This document shows, in pieces, positions 29,726 through 40,930 of a stretch of 64,000 nucleotides of DNA. A program made the translations under genes and the position numbers. The first letter of the stretch is position 1. Each line of letters begins with the position of its first letter. The notes beneath the pieces were generated by a model that saw only the letters and a program-made list of their open reading frames with translations, was not told where the DNA came from and did no database searches. This stretch comes from Phycisphaeraceae bacterium (GTDB lineage Bacteria > Planctomycetota > Phycisphaerae > Phycisphaerales > Phycisphaeraceae): contig OY771506.1 in assembly GCA_963674705.1 (NCBI GenBank), positions 2,944,001 through 3,008,000 on the forward strand, given 5' to 3'.

Positions 29726-32700
29726 ATGAAGCGCTGGCTGCGGCGTTTTCTTTTCCTGTTTGGGTGCTTCCTGCTCCTGGTCGGCGTCGTGTCTTACTTC
29801 ACACGGCCGGCCAGGCTCAACCGCGTCCTGGTCGACATGATCGAGCAGTCGGTCGGCTGTGAGGCGACGGTCGGCAGGGCTCACCTGACATGGGACGGCC
29901 TGTTGACCGTGGATGGTATCGAGCTGACCGTGCCTAACACCGAGGGCGACTTCTCCAAACTCCTGCACACCGACCGCGTCGCCGTCCAACTGCGCCTTTT
30001 ACCGCTATTAATAGGCCAGGTGCGCGCCGCCTCAGTGGCATTGAATCAGCCCAAGCTCTATCTCACCGAGGACCTGGACAATAACAGGTCCAACTTTGAG
30101 ATGCTGCTGGCACTTTCTTCCGACGACAAGGCGAAGAACAAGCTCCCGGACGCATTGCCTGAACTGCGACTCAATGGCGGTCAACTGTGTTTCGGCCAAC
30201 AATCCAACGGGACTTACCGTGTCATTGAGTCGCTGCAATTCGATGGCAAACTCAATGCCGATCTCGATGACTGGGGCGTTTACGATTTTGAACTCCGTCA
30301 GCGAGAACCGGCCGCAGGCTCGAAACAGCTTGCCGGGCCGACCGTGCAGGGGCAGATCGATCTGAACCAGCCGATGGTTCACTTTGAGGTTCAGCGGTTT
30401 TCATTTGATGGGCCTTACAGCTACCTGTTACCCGAGCAGACGCGCCGCTGGTGGAAGCAGCTCTCGCCACGAGGTGATTTGCAGCGGGTTGAATTTCGCG
30501 CCCATCGGGACGAGAACCAGCAGGTTCTACTCGCTGTTGAGATGCAACTGGACCAGTTCGGACTATCTCTGCCGCTTGGTGCGGAGCGACCCTTGGAACT
30601 GACAGATGTCGACGGCACGGTTATCGTTACGGATAACGGCGTCAGCTTCAAACAGATCACCGGGCAAGTCGAAGGCATCAACTTCCAGGCGCACGGCGAG
30701 CTTCTCGGTTTCGTTCAAGACGCCCCGTTCCTGATCGGTCTAAGCACGGACCCGTTCGACGTGCCTGTCGAAGGTGGCATATGGGACAGCCTGCCGCAAG
30801 CCGTCAGTAAGTATCGTGAACGCTTCAATCCACAAGGTACCTATCAGACAAAGATCGAGCTTGAACGAGCGGTTGCCGACAGCGAGATCAAACTGCGCGG
30901 CCACCTCGACCTGATCGACACGAAGTTCATGTATTACCGCTTCAAGTATCCCGCCAATCAACTGACCGGCAGGATCTCATTTGAAGATGACAAGATCGTT
31001 CTTAATGATCTTGTCGGTGTTGCTCCATCCGGCGCTAAGGCCATTGTCAGTGGGACAATCGGTCCGCCGATCAAGGACGGCACCGTTGCGATCAAGATCC
31101 AGGGCGATGACATGCCTCTGGATGAACACCTCGTCAACGCACTGAAACCGAAACGCCGTGAAGTGCTGGATATGTTCTTCAGCCGGGAAGGCTACGAACA
31201 ACTGCTCGCTGGTGGCGTGATCCGTGCTCCGGGTGAAACCGTGAGAATCCTTGGTCAGGATGTCGTCGCCAAGGCCAATGACGCGGTATCGCTACAGGAC
31301 CCAGCCGATGTGCCTGTTTTCGAGCCCGGCGGCTCCGCCAGCATGACCGTGCACATCAACCGCCCGGAAGGCAAAGACCAGAAGTACAGCGTCACGACCG
31401 ACCTGCAGGCCAAGGGACTCAGCAGCCTGTTCAAGTTCTGGCATTACCCATTGGTTGCTGAAAGCGGACGAATCGTGATATCTCCCGACAATGTCGTGGT
31501 CGATCAGTTAAAGCTACGCGCACTTAACGGCGGGGGGGGCACGATCAATGGCAGACTCATCCTGCCGGACGGCGACGAACCGCTCAAACCCAATCTGCAA
31601 TTGACCAGCATCTACCTGCCGGTCGATTCGATCCTCATCGCTTCAATCCCCAAGCCCAAGGATCAGTGGGTCCGCTCGTTGAACCTGATCGGTGAGTTGT
31701 TCGGCACCGGCGAGGTATTCGCTGATGCGACAGGCGAGGTGCTGTTCAGCATCGATGCCCGCATGCGTGACGGCCGCGCTGTACCCAACGGTGGCCGATA
31801 CGTGCTGGACGATATCACCGGCTCGGTCACGATCGAACGCACACGCATCCAGTTCGAGGACTTCACCGGGCAGCACACCCACGGCGGCAAGATATCACTT
31901 AACGGCGAGGCGAATTACGGCGAGTCCGATGTGGGCGTCGACCTGACGTTCATTGCCGACCAATTAACACTCGAACCGGAGTTGATCGACCTTTTGCCGA
32001 TCGAGAACGAGGGGCGGCCGCTGCTTGAGCGGATGTTCAAGCAGTATAAACCCGAGGGGCACACGGATGCGGTCCTTGTCTATGAAGGCGGACGCAATGC
32101 ACCCGAGCATTTTTCGTTACAGGTCCAGCCCAAAGACCTGGACTTCGACTACCACAAACAGCGCATCGAGCTGACTGGCCTGTCCGGCATGGTCGAACTG
32201 ACGCCGGAGCTGGCAACGTTCCACGACCTGGCGGGTGGCTTTGCCGACGGCACGTTCAAAGTCAATGGTCAGGCGCGGCTGGCCGAGAACCCGGGTTTAT
32301 CATTGACATTCAAAGTGAATGCCGATCGCATCGACGCCCCGGTCCGTGCGGTCATGCCCGTTGCTGTGAGAAACCTGGTCGACCGTTTAGATGTTCAAGG
32401 CCCGTTCATCCTCGAAGATGCGAGGCTACTGACATGGCCCGAGGCCATGCAAGGCCCGACCGGCATCTTCGAAGGCCGTGTCGAATTGCATGGCGCTTCC
32501 GCTTCATTGGGTGTGCCTGTGACTGAGATGAACGCCCTGATGGATATGCGCGTCGTTAACTTCGTCGACCAGCCTTGGCCCCATACGGATATCCGGTTCA
32601 CCGCCGACAGCCTGCGTGCTCAGGACCGGCTCGTGCAACGCGTATCCATGCACGCCGAGACAGGCGACCAGCCCTGGCTGATCAACTTCAATAACCTCAA

Positions 32701-33418
32701 AGGCACGGTATACAACGGCACGATGGTCGGGCGCGGCCAAGTGGACATGTCGGACAGACCCGTGTTCGCCTTCGACCTGACACTCCAGGAGGCCGAACTC
32801 GAACCTTTCCTCATGCCGCTTGGCGAAAAAGCGTCGACCTATTCGGCTGAATCCGAATCAGATGCCGATGCGATGCCGATGCGCGATATGTCGTCGGGAT
32901 TATTGTCAGCAGGTTTATCCGTGCGTGTCCCATCTGACAAGAATGAGCCGATTCAGGGCAGGGGCACCGTCACGGTTCGGGATGCCAAACTTTATGACAG
33001 ACCGCTGACGCTCGCGTTATTGCAGGCCGTGAGTCTGAACCTGCCCAGCGAATCCTCCTTCGATCGTGCATCCGCGCGCTACCTGATCTACGGCAACAAC
33101 TTACTGTTCGACGACATCCGCCTGGAAGCCCCGGCGTTCATCATCTCGGGCACGGGGACCATGAGTTACCCATCGCTCGAACTGAACCTCCGGATGGTGA
33201 CACAGAATCCCGGTGCTTTGAATCTCGGTCCGGTCTCCGATCTCGTCCGTACATTCAAGGATGAACTGTTAGCGATCGAAGTTCGCGGTACACTTGGCAA
33301 TCCCAAGGCCAACGTCGTCCCCCTCGATACAGTCTTCCGCTCATGGGGCAGAATCTTCGGCAACACCCGAGCCCCCGGCGCTACCGTACACACCGAAGAA
33401 CCGGTAACGGAAGAATGA
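29726..33418 (+). CDS. AsmA-like (YhdP/TamB-type) protein
   Basis: N-terminal TM, long beta-rich body, C-terminal AsmA_2-like region (LLAIEVRGTLGNPK). Confidence 0.75.
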   Translation: MKRWLRRFLFLFGCFLLLVGVVSYFTRPARLNRVLVDMIEQSVGCEATVGRAHLTWDGLLTVDGIELTVPNTEGDFSKLLHTDRVAVQLRLLPLLIGQVRAASVALNQPKLYLTEDLDNNRSNFEMLLALSSDDKAKNKLPDALPELRLNGGQLCFGQQSNGTYRVIESLQFDGKLNADLDDWGVYDFELRQREPAAGSKQLAGPTVQGQIDLNQPMVHFEVQRFSFDGPYSYLLPEQTRRWWKQLSPRGDLQRVEFRAHRDENQQVLLAVEMQLDQFGLSLPLGAERPLELTDVDGTVIVTDNGVSFKQITGQVEGINFQAHGELLGFVQDAPFLIGLSTDPFDVPVEGGIWDSLPQAVSKYRERFNPQGTYQTKIELERAVADSEIKLRGHLDLIDTKFMYYRFKYPANQLTGRISFEDDKIVLNDLVGVAPSGAKAIVSGTIGPPIKDGTVAIKIQGDDMPLDEHLVNALKPKRREVLDMFFSREGYEQLLAGGVIRAPGETVRILGQDVVAKANDAVSLQDPADVPVFEPGGSASMTVHINRPEGKDQKYSVTTDLQAKGLSSLFKFWHYPLVAESGRIVISPDNVVVDQLKLRALNGGGGTINGRLILPDGDEPLKPNLQLTSIYLPVDSILIASIPKPKDQWVRSLNLIGELFGTGEVFADATGEVLFSIDARMRDGRAVPNGGRYVLDDITGSVTIERTRIQFEDFTGQHTHGGKISLNGEANYGESDVGVDLTFIADQLTLEPELIDLLPIENEGRPLLERMFKQYKPEGHTDAVLVYEGGRNAPEHFSLQVQPKDLDFDYHKQRIELTGLSGMVELTPELATFHDLAGGFADGTFKVNGQARLAENPGLSLTFKVNADRIDAPVRAVMPVAVRNLVDRLDVQGPFILEDARLLTWPEAMQGPTGIFEGRVELHGASASLGVPVTEMNALMDMRVVNFVDQPWPHTDIRFTADSLRAQDRLVQRVSMHAETGDQPWLINFNNLKGTVYNGTMVGRGQVDMSDRPVFAFDLTLQEAELEPFLMPLGEKASTYSAESESDADAMPMRDMSSGLLSAGLSVRVPSDKNEPIQGRGTVTVRDAKLYDRPLTLALLQAVSLNLPSESSFDRASARYLIYGNNLLFDDIRLEAPAFIISGTGTMSYPSLELNLRMVTQNPGALNLGPVSDLVRTFKDELLAIEVRGTLGNPKANVVPLDTVFRSWGRIFGNTRAPGATVHTEEPVTEE

Positions 33419-33420
33419 GA

Positions 33421-33550
33421 TCGGGTGTGTGGTGTGCAGCTTTTTAATTGCTAATCGTTAATCGCTAATGTTTCCATCCCAACACCGATCCTGAGCGAAG
33501 CGAAGGTCCGGGCTGTATCGATGTGAAATGTTCAATGTGCGATGTGCAAT
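33421..33550. repeat. Composite intergenic repeat: 7-mer tracts flanking the 35-bp core
   Basis: (TAATCGC)n 33445-33469; core 33479-33512; (RATGTNC)n 33520-33550. Confidence 0.85.
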
Positions 33551-33570
33551 CGGTTTCTAAACCCGAACAA

Positions 33571-34209
33571 TCACTCCGCTCCCACCAGCCGCTTCATCAC
33601 ATCTGAAATGCCGATCCGGTCCACTTCCGTCTGGGCTTGCTCGGTGATCGGTTCGTAGTCGCGCACGTCCGGACTGTTTGTTAAATCCACAGGATCGTTA
33701 CCCATTGAGCGTGCCAGACCCAGCGAGCCGTCACCTGTGACAGAGACAACCCATCGGCCCTCGCTCAGTTGACGGTAGACAGCCTTGCCATGCGTCGCAC
33801 CCTGGCTTTCCCAGTCGACTTCCGCCAGCTTCGGATCGATCACCACGCCCTGGCTCGGTGGGGTCTTGGCATCGAAGACTCGTCGCATCCACAGCCGGCC
33901 ATCCAATACCACGTAGTCGACATAGATTTCTCCCGACGGATCGAACGGCGTCGGGATCGACTTCACTTCACCTTCCGCGTTGCGGATCGATACGCATAGC
34001 TTGCCTTCATCGACAACCAGTTCCGTCACCGCGGTCCGGCGGACGGCCTTGTTGTAGGTGTCCCGCAACTGATCGAAGTCGCTTTCCAGCGCGATCAGTC
34101 GGTCGCGATAGATATCCGCCTTCAGGTTGGCTTCCAACAGCCGATACCCGACGAATCCCGCCACGAGTATGAACACAACCGACGCGATCCCGGTGATGCG
34201 ATTCAGCAT
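33571..34209 (-). CDS. Hypothetical protein (N-terminal TM plus coiled coil)
   Basis: 212-aa ORF with a GGGAG RBS and host-like codon usage. Confidence 0.75.
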   Translation of the reverse strand: MLNRITGIASVVFILVAGFVGYRLLEANLKADIYRDRLIALESDFDQLRDTYNKAVRRTAVTELVVDEGKLCVSIRNAEGEVKSIPTPFDPSGEIYVDYVVLDGRLWMRRVFDAKTPPSQGVVIDPKLAEVDWESQGATHGKAVYRQLSEGRWVVSVTGDGSLGLARSMGNDPVDLTNSPDVRDYEPITEQAQTEVDRIGISDVMKRLVGAE

Positions 34210-34359
34210 GTAAAAACTCCCAAACCTCAGTATCTGCCCCCGTTATAAATCGGCACACTTACTTGTTATCGGCTATCGGACCCTCCCCGATCCAGTAGCC
34301 GCCAAGTTCCGTCAGGGCATGAGATTGTAGGCGGCCCCTTCCTGCGGTAGAACAATGCC

Positions 34360-36426
34360 ATGCAAACCAAACACCTTTCTATCCGGCTTTCTCACTTCCG
34401 CACGTCTACCATCCTGAGCCTGCTGTTATTCACGTTGGGTATCCTGATGGGATCGGTCGCTGTGGCCGAGGTCAGCGTTCCCAGCATCTTCTCCGACCAC
34501 ATGGTGCTTCAGCGCAACGAGCCGCTACCGATCTGGGGCTTTGCCGATCCGGGTGAAAAGGTCAGCGTCGCGATCGCCGGCCAGCAGATCGCAACCATTG
34601 CTGATGATGCAGGCAACTGGCGTGTCGAACTTGATGCACTCAAGGCCGGCGGACCGCACCGGTTGAAGATCAAAGGCAACAACACCATCAGTATCGACGA
34701 TGTCTACGTCGGCGAGGTCTGGCTGTGCTCGGGTCAATCAAACATGGAATGGCAGGTTGCGTCTTCCAATGATGCCGAGGCGGAGATGGCGGCCGCCGAC
34801 TTGCCCATGATCCGGATGTACACCGCAAGCCACACACTATCCGCGACGCCGCAACCGGATGTCTCAGGCCAATGGCATGTCTGCACCCCGGACAACGTAG
34901 GCCGCTTCAGCGCGGTGGGCTACTTCTTTGGCAGGTCTCTACACAAAGAGCTTGATGTACCGATCGGCCTGATCCACAGCAGTTGGGGCGGCAGCCGCGC
35001 TGAACCTTGGACCCCGCGCGAAACACTACTCACCAACCCTCGCTACACCGAGCAGATCAAGGAAGTTGATCGACTGGTCGCCGCGATGCTCGAAAACAAA
35101 GATCAGGCTATCGCTGATTACGAAGAAGCGATGAAGGTTTACCGGAAGGCCTTGATCTTATGGGTGCACGACATCAATAACGGCGGCACCGGGCTGAATG
35201 AGAATTGGGCGTCGGCTGAGGGCGATGATAATGATTGGCATCCCGCCAAAGTCCCCGGGGCTTGGGAAGCCTGGTCCGATGGTGAGTTGACAAGTTTTGA
35301 TGGCGTCGTCTGGTTTACACGCACGGTTGATATTCCCGAAGCTTGGGCAGGTAAAAATCTTGCACTGCACCTCGGCGCGATCGACGATCTGGATAAGACG
35401 TTCTTCAACGGCGAAAAAGTCGGATCAACAGGATTGGATGTGCCTTGGCATTGGGCAACTGAACGTAAGTATGCCGTGCCCGGCGAATTGGTCCGCGCTG
35501 GTAAAGCAACGCTTACTGTTCGTGTCATCGATACAGGCGGTGCCGGTGGTTTCACCGGCCCGGCTGAGCAAATGACGCTGGCCCCGCTTGATGATGAAAA
35601 CGCACAACCGATTAAGCTGGATGGTGAAGGTTGGCGATATCGCGTTGACTTCTCAATGGCGAAGTCACCACGACCGACTGAGCCCGCCGATCCCAGCCAA
35701 GCTGGCGCAACATTCACAACACCCGCCGCCATGTACAACGCCATGCTGCATCCGCTGGTTCCCTACGGTCTGCGCGGCGCGATCTGGTACCAGGGCGAAT
35801 CCAACGCCGGGGAATCCGAAGCGTACCGTGAGTTGTTGCCGTTGATGATCCAAGGCTGGAGAGATGTCTGGCATAAGCCGGATATGCCCTTTGGTATTGT
35901 GCAACTTGCCAACTACATGCATGCGACCGACAAACCTAACGAGGGTGGCTGGGCTTTCCTGCGCGACGCACAGTTGCATACGTTCAAGACCGTTGACAAC
36001 ACCGGCCTCGCCGTAATCATCGACATCGGGCAAGCGGATGACATACACCCACGCAACAAACAAGACGTCGGCGATCGCCTCGCCCGCTGGGCGTTGTCGC
36101 AGGTCTACGGCAAGTCACTCGTCTGGTCCGGGCCGATCTACAAAACCATGCAGATCAAGGATGGCAAAATCTATCTTGACTTCGACCATGTAGGCGGTGG
36201 TTTAAAAACCAGCGACGGCAAGCCGGTAGGGGGCTTCGCGATTGCAGGCGCGGATGGTCAATTTGTCTGGGCCGATGCCAGAATCGAAGGCGATCAAGTC
36301 GTCGTCTGGTCCGAAAGTATCAAAGAACCTGTCTCGGTCCGATATGGCTGGGCGAATAATCCAGACCGGGTGAACCTGATCAACGCCGAAGGCCTGCCCG
36401 CCTCACCATTCCGTACAGATGAGTAA
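34360..36426 (+). CDS. Sialate O-acetylesterase (SASA/SGNH family), exported
   Basis: FSDHMVLQR, GEVWLCSGQSNM, WYQGESN, DIHPRNK, LPASPFRTD. Confidence 0.92.
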   Translation: MQTKHLSIRLSHFRTSTILSLLLFTLGILMGSVAVAEVSVPSIFSDHMVLQRNEPLPIWGFADPGEKVSVAIAGQQIATIADDAGNWRVELDALKAGGPHRLKIKGNNTISIDDVYVGEVWLCSGQSNMEWQVASSNDAEAEMAAADLPMIRMYTASHTLSATPQPDVSGQWHVCTPDNVGRFSAVGYFFGRSLHKELDVPIGLIHSSWGGSRAEPWTPRETLLTNPRYTEQIKEVDRLVAAMLENKDQAIADYEEAMKVYRKALILWVHDINNGGTGLNENWASAEGDDNDWHPAKVPGAWEAWSDGELTSFDGVVWFTRTVDIPEAWAGKNLALHLGAIDDLDKTFFNGEKVGSTGLDVPWHWATERKYAVPGELVRAGKATLTVRVIDTGGAGGFTGPAEQMTLAPLDDENAQPIKLDGEGWRYRVDFSMAKSPRPTEPADPSQAGATFTTPAAMYNAMLHPLVPYGLRGAIWYQGESNAGESEAYRELLPLMIQGWRDVWHKPDMPFGIVQLANYMHATDKPNEGGWAFLRDAQLHTFKTVDNTGLAVIIDIGQADDIHPRNKQDVGDRLARWALSQVYGKSLVWSGPIYKTMQIKDGKIYLDFDHVGGGLKTSDGKPVGGFAIAGADGQFVWADARIEGDQVVVWSESIKEPVSVRYGWANNPDRVNLINAEGLPASPFRTDE

Positions 36427-36623
36427 ATGGTTAAAAACCAGCTGCCGACCTGGATATGTCCCGAAACTGGGCAAGGTCTTTTAACATCAGATCGCATTTT
36501 CACCGCTGATCGTGCTTATTCGTTTGGCCTGATCGCTGATGGGTTTGTATCATGTTATTGCTAGTGGGGTCCGTGGGGACCATATTATGAATGAGCACCT
36601 ATTCTGGTGGAAAGGGCATTGAC

Positions 36624-37105
36624 ATGAAGGCATTTCTTTGGGTCGTTTTGATTTCGTTTCTCGGTTTATGTGGATACTACTACTTCAAAGCGTTCATCAT
36701 CCCGGATGAGACGCAGATGCTGTCCATCGCCTTCGGCAACACAACGGATGATGAAGTTGAACTGCACGTCGAAGTGACATTGGTCATGGCGCAATTGGAT
36801 GTCTTCCCCTATATGTCGATGAACGGCGGGACAGATTGGAAAGCCTGGGCGAACGACCATTACATCGTGAAGGATGATGCCGGCAACCAGGTCGAGTTTA
36901 CCAAGCGGATGAAAAGCAATGTCATCAGCGAACGTGATTCTCGCGTCGTGGCGGACGGCTACCTCATCGCGAAGCTAAGCCGGGCGCCGAATACACTTTT
37001 GAGTATATCCCCATCATCAGCGAACCTGAAAAGTTCCTCTATGAATTCAGCGCGCCGACCGAAGACGCCAGCCGAGTCTTTGTTACATTCCAACCGAACT
37101 TTTAA
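36624..37105 (+). pseudogene. Hypothetical membrane-anchored protein with an apparent 1-nt deletion near 36976
   Basis: After ...YLIAK the shifted frame reads KPGAEYTFEYIPIISEPEKFLYEFSAPTEDASRVFVTFQPNF* with host-like codons; the unshifted tail is Ser-rich and unnatural. Confidence 0.65.
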
Positions 37106-37138
37106 GTAACGCGACTTGATTTTTAACAGAGGCAAACC

Positions 37139-38824
37139 ATGGCCATCGAATTTTCATGCCAGTGCGGTAAGCAGATCAAGGTGTCTGAGAAGTTCGCCGG
37201 CCGACGCGCCAAGTGCCCCGGCTGTGGTCAACCCATCACGATCCCCGAAGTTGACGCGCCTCTGGATGATATCGACGGCAACCTGCTCTACGAAGCGATC
37301 GGCACGTCCAGCAACGAACCGGAGCAGGTTGCCTGCGCCAACTGCCATCAATCCATGTCGGCCACCGCTTCGGTCTGCCCGCACTGCGGCTACAACCGTG
37401 CCCAGCAATCGCACTACCAGATGGCGCAAGCCATGGCCGAACCTGAAAAACGCGAGGGCAGTCGGCCGCTCTTTTCGATCCTCGGCATCGACATGTCCAT
37501 TCTCAAGCTCCTGGTTGTGCTGGTGCCGCTGATTGGACTTCCCGGCTGGTATTACATGTTTCCCGGCAAATCGATGCACGTGCGCCAGATGCAGGTCGTC
37601 AGCCTTGTCGAAGCGGTGAAAAGTGGACAGGTGCAGAAGCCGGTCAGCACCAGCGGTACCCTTTTGAGCACGATGCTCGAGCACGTCAACAAGGATAGTA
37701 AACCCCCGACGTTTGAAGAAGCTCACGAGGCTTCATACACGCTGGGTTCCAGCGATTCGCTTGTGGTCAGTAAACCCGACGACGACGGCGATCACATCCT
37801 TCTGAAAGTCGGCCTGCGCCAGCAAACCATCAACGATAAAGGCAGCACCGCGCTCTACGACACCATCATCCGCGGCGACGACTTCAAACTCGAACCCGCT
37901 GCCGGCGGCCCCGATGTCGACGGCGCTCAGATTCTTTATTACCAGTTTGAAGGTAACAGCAAAGAGATCGACCTGTTCAGTTCCGATACCTCCAGCTTCC
38001 AATCGCTGTTCCCCTGCGAACCCACGCAGATCGATACCGAAAAAGCGGATGGCGTGATTGACGGAACAGCCGTCTGGAATCAACCCACCGCCAAGGGGCA
38101 GATCAAGTTCCGCTCCTATTATTCTACAGGTGACTACCCCTCGCAGACCGGCCTCAATGCAGAAGGCAAGCTCGAAGTCTTCAATGAGCAGGGCGCGACA
38201 GTCGATATGTTTTACACCGGTGGTTCGCTGGATGTGAAGTGGGATTCGGATTCGACCGGCTGGTGGACTCTCAAGCGTTACGATGAGACGTCCCACGATT
38301 GGCCCTGGTATCGCTATGAGTTCGGCCTGCTCTTCGAACGACCGCAGGCGGGTGGCAAATACAACATCACCTACCGCGATTCGAAAGTTGGCACGATCTA
38401 CCTGGAAGATAAGCCCGTGCCCAAGCCGCCGCCGGTCTCACCGATCAAGCGCGTTAAGAATCCGGGTTCGAACAATATCGATCCCAACAATCCCCTTGCT
38501 TACTTCGAGATCCTGGCCGATGCGCGTAAGTCGGCGCAAGGTATCGTTTCTGCCAACAACCTCCGCCAGATCGGTTTCGGCCTGCAACTGTATCTCGATC
38601 AGAACGCCCAGCAGTGGCCCGACAATATCGACCAACTCAAGGGTGTGATCAACGACTATGACCAGATCATGGTCAACCCGCGCACCAAGACACGCCCCGG
38701 CTTCATCTACATCAAACCCGATCGCGGCGCCGACCCCGCGACCACCGCCGTCGTCTACGAAAACTGGCAAGGCCAACCCGACCCCAACGGCGCCGTCCTC
38801 TACGCCGACGGACACATCGAGTAA
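37139..38824 (+). CDS. Zinc-ribbon + TM protein with a C-terminal DUF1559/H-X9-DG-like domain
   Basis: CQCG...CPGC and CANC...CPHC; one [16 protein letters not shown] and VLYADGHIE at the C-terminus. Confidence 0.78.
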   Translation: MAIEFSCQCGKQIKVSEKFAGRRAKCPGCGQPITIPEVDAPLDDIDGNLLYEAIGTSSNEPEQVACANCHQSMSATASVCPHCGYNRAQQSHYQMAQAMAEPEKREGSRPLFSILGIDMSILKLLVVLVPLIGLPGWYYMFPGKSMHVRQMQVVSLVEAVKSGQVQKPVSTSGTLLSTMLEHVNKDSKPPTFEEAHEASYTLGSSDSLVVSKPDDDGDHILLKVGLRQQTINDKGSTALYDTIIRGDDFKLEPAAGGPDVDGAQILYYQFEGNSKEIDLFSSDTSSFQSLFPCEPTQIDTEKADGVIDGTAVWNQPTAKGQIKFRSYYSTGDYPSQTGLNAEGKLEVFNEQGATVDMFYTGGSLDVKWDSDSTGWWTLKRYDETSHDWPWYRYEFGLLFERPQAGGKYNITYRDSKVGTIYLEDKPVPKPPPVSPIKRVKNPGSNNIDPNNPLAYFEILADARKSAQGIVSANNLRQIGFGLQLYLDQNAQQWPDNIDQLKGVINDYDQIMVNPRTKTRPGFIYIKPDRGADPATTAVVYENWQGQPDPNGAVLYADGHIE

Positions 38825-38851
38825 ACACAGTCTACCGCGTTTTGGGCGGAT

Positions 38852-39307
38852 TCAGCCGCCCGCCCCAGCCGCTTCGTTCGTATCCTGCTTCTGCTGATAC
38901 AACATAATCACCGACTCGCGCACCAGTACGATGATGGTGAACACGCCCAGGATCGTGCCGAACGGCATCCACAAGCAGTTGATCCCCGCGATGACAAGGC
39001 TGAATATTCGTGCGCGTTTGCGCTGAATCATACGACCGGACACGATTGTCAGGATGCCGAACGTCCAGCCGAAGATCATCGGGCACGTTCCCATGATGGC
39101 AAACATCAAGCCGATCGCTCTGGGAGGTGCATCACCATCCGGCGGTTCAAAAGCTTGCGGATTGATCAGCATGACCAATCCAATCACCGCGTGGACGATG
39201 AAAATCGAACTGAAAAGCATCATCATCCCCGCGCAAACGTAGTGGAAGATGCCCAGCAGTTTCAGGTGCTCTTCATCGCGATTGTAGACAGGCCGATTGT
39301 CTTCCAT
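38852..39307 (-). CDS. Hypothetical membrane protein
   Basis: HLKLLGIFHYV...PFGTILGVFTIIVL; three to four TM segments. Confidence 0.8.
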   Translation of the reverse strand: MEDNRPVYNRDEEHLKLLGIFHYVCAGMMMLFSSIFIVHAVIGLVMLINPQAFEPPDGDAPPRAIGLMFAIMGTCPMIFGWTFGILTIVSGRMIQRKRARIFSLVIAGINCLWMPFGTILGVFTIIVLVRESVIMLYQQKQDTNEAAGAGG

Positions 39308-39334
39308 CTGTTCCCCCTTGACATGTTCAATAGA

Positions 39335-39994
39335 TCACAAACGTGACTTCAATCCAGCGATCAAGCGATCGAACACCACATCCGCTTCATCCCGTGCGTC
39401 GATCACCAAATAGTGTTCCGGATCATCCTTCGCCTGGTCAAGATACCCCTGTCGGACTTTCTTATGGAATGCGGCGCCTTTGATCTCCATGCGGTCGTGC
39501 CCGGCGTCGAATTCCTTTTCGCGCAGCAAGGGATTCATCCGCTGCTGCGCCGTCGCCAGATCGACATCGAAGACGACGACGAGGTCGGGCCAGGTCTCAC
39601 GCAGCGCGATACGTCCGACGCTCAGGATATGCTCGATCGGCACGCCCCCGGCTGCGCCCTGGTAGGCCAGCGTCGAGCTGATGAAGCGGTCGGCCAGCAC
39701 CAGTTTGCCCTCGCGGATCGCCGGATTGATCCGCTCGGAGACCAGTTGGGCACGGCTGGCCATGAAAAGCATCATCTCGCAGTAGACGTCGACCTCGTCG
39801 GTGTTCGAAGGATCCAGCAGCACCTGTCGGACCTGCTCGCCGATGTACGTCCCGCCGGGCTCCCGGACCTCGCAGACCTCGATCCCCGCGCTCTTGACCA
39901 ATTCATCCAGGCGGACGAACTGCGTGCTCTTACCGCTGCCGTCAGGCCCATCAAAGACGATGAACTTCCCACGCAACTTATCCAACCACTTCAT
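39335..39994 (-). CDS. tmk: Thymidylate kinase
   Basis: FIVFDGPDGSGKSTQ, REPGGT, ADRFISSTLAYQG. Confidence 0.95.
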   Translation of the reverse strand: MKWLDKLRGKFIVFDGPDGSGKSTQFVRLDELVKSAGIEVCEVREPGGTYIGEQVRQVLLDPSNTDEVDVYCEMMLFMASRAQLVSERINPAIREGKLVLADRFISSTLAYQGAAGGVPIEHILSVGRIALRETWPDLVVVFDVDLATAQQRMNPLLREKEFDAGHDRMEIKGAAFHKKVRQGYLDQAKDDPEHYLVIDARDEADVVFDRLIAGLKSRL

Positions 39995-40074
39995 ATCACC
40001 TGATCTCATGACTGCGAAGATACAAGATTCTTTTGCATCGCACACCTTACGCTTGAGTTGCCTAAGATATCCCC

Positions 40075-40692
40075 ATGTCCGACGAATACCTCGAACCCTA
40101 CCGCGATGCTCATGACGACTTCGGCAACGACTTCCGCGTGACCCTCTGGGCCAGCACACGCAGCCAGGAACAGCGATTCAAGGTCTTCACCCAGATGTGT
40201 TACCTGGCCGGTAAACGCCTGCTCGATGCCGGTTGCAGCAGGGGGGACCTGGCCGACTATCTTGTCCGCCACAAGATCGAATACAGCTACTACGTGGGCA
40301 TCGATGGCCTGCCGGAGGTGATCGACTTCGCCCAACGCCGGGGTCTGCCCGATTCCGAGTTCCACGCGGGCGACTTCGTGGCCGATCCCAAACTGCTGAA
40401 GATCGGCAAGCCACAGATCATCCTGATCTCCGGCACGCTCAACACCATGGATGACCAGACGGCCATGGGCTTGCTGGAGTCAGCCTGGAAAGCCTGCTCC
40501 GAGACACTGATATTCAACTTCCTGTCCAGTCGCAGTACGACCGAACGCAGAGAGGAACTGGGCCCGGCCCGTCGGCTTGACCCGCTGAAGTACTTGGACT
40601 GGGCCATGCAACACACCACCGCGGTCCAATTACGACAGGATTACTTCAAGAAGGGGCACGATGCCACCATCAAAATGGAGAAAATCGCTTAG
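40075..40692 (+). CDS. Class I SAM-dependent methyltransferase
   Basis: W...SQEQRF, LLDAGCSRGDL, YVGID, ISGTLN. Confidence 0.82.
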   Translation: MSDEYLEPYRDAHDDFGNDFRVTLWASTRSQEQRFKVFTQMCYLAGKRLLDAGCSRGDLADYLVRHKIEYSYYVGIDGLPEVIDFAQRRGLPDSEFHAGDFVADPKLLKIGKPQIILISGTLNTMDDQTAMGLLESAWKACSETLIFNFLSSRSTTERREELGPARRLDPLKYLDWAMQHTTAVQLRQDYFKKGHDATIKMEKIA

Positions 40693-40930
40693 AAATGGGT
40701 CTGCTTCAGCATGATTTATCTTTTTTATTTTCGTGTTGGTGCTGACTTCGGTGAGGTCTTTAGGATATTATTATGTTTGAATGGTTATAAACATGACTGC
40801 GGTTACTACCGCCTGTTGTTTTGTAACCGGGCGGGAAGTGGTACCAAGCGGCGGATTTTCCACAAACCAGCGAACCACGCACGCCATCATGGGGCCTGAG
40901 AGCCTGCAAGCAACCTTGGAGGGCGAGTTG

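Noticed and set aside
40755..40785. dif-like site (TTATGTTTGAA)
   Set aside because: Only a partial XerD-arm match and no XerC arm.
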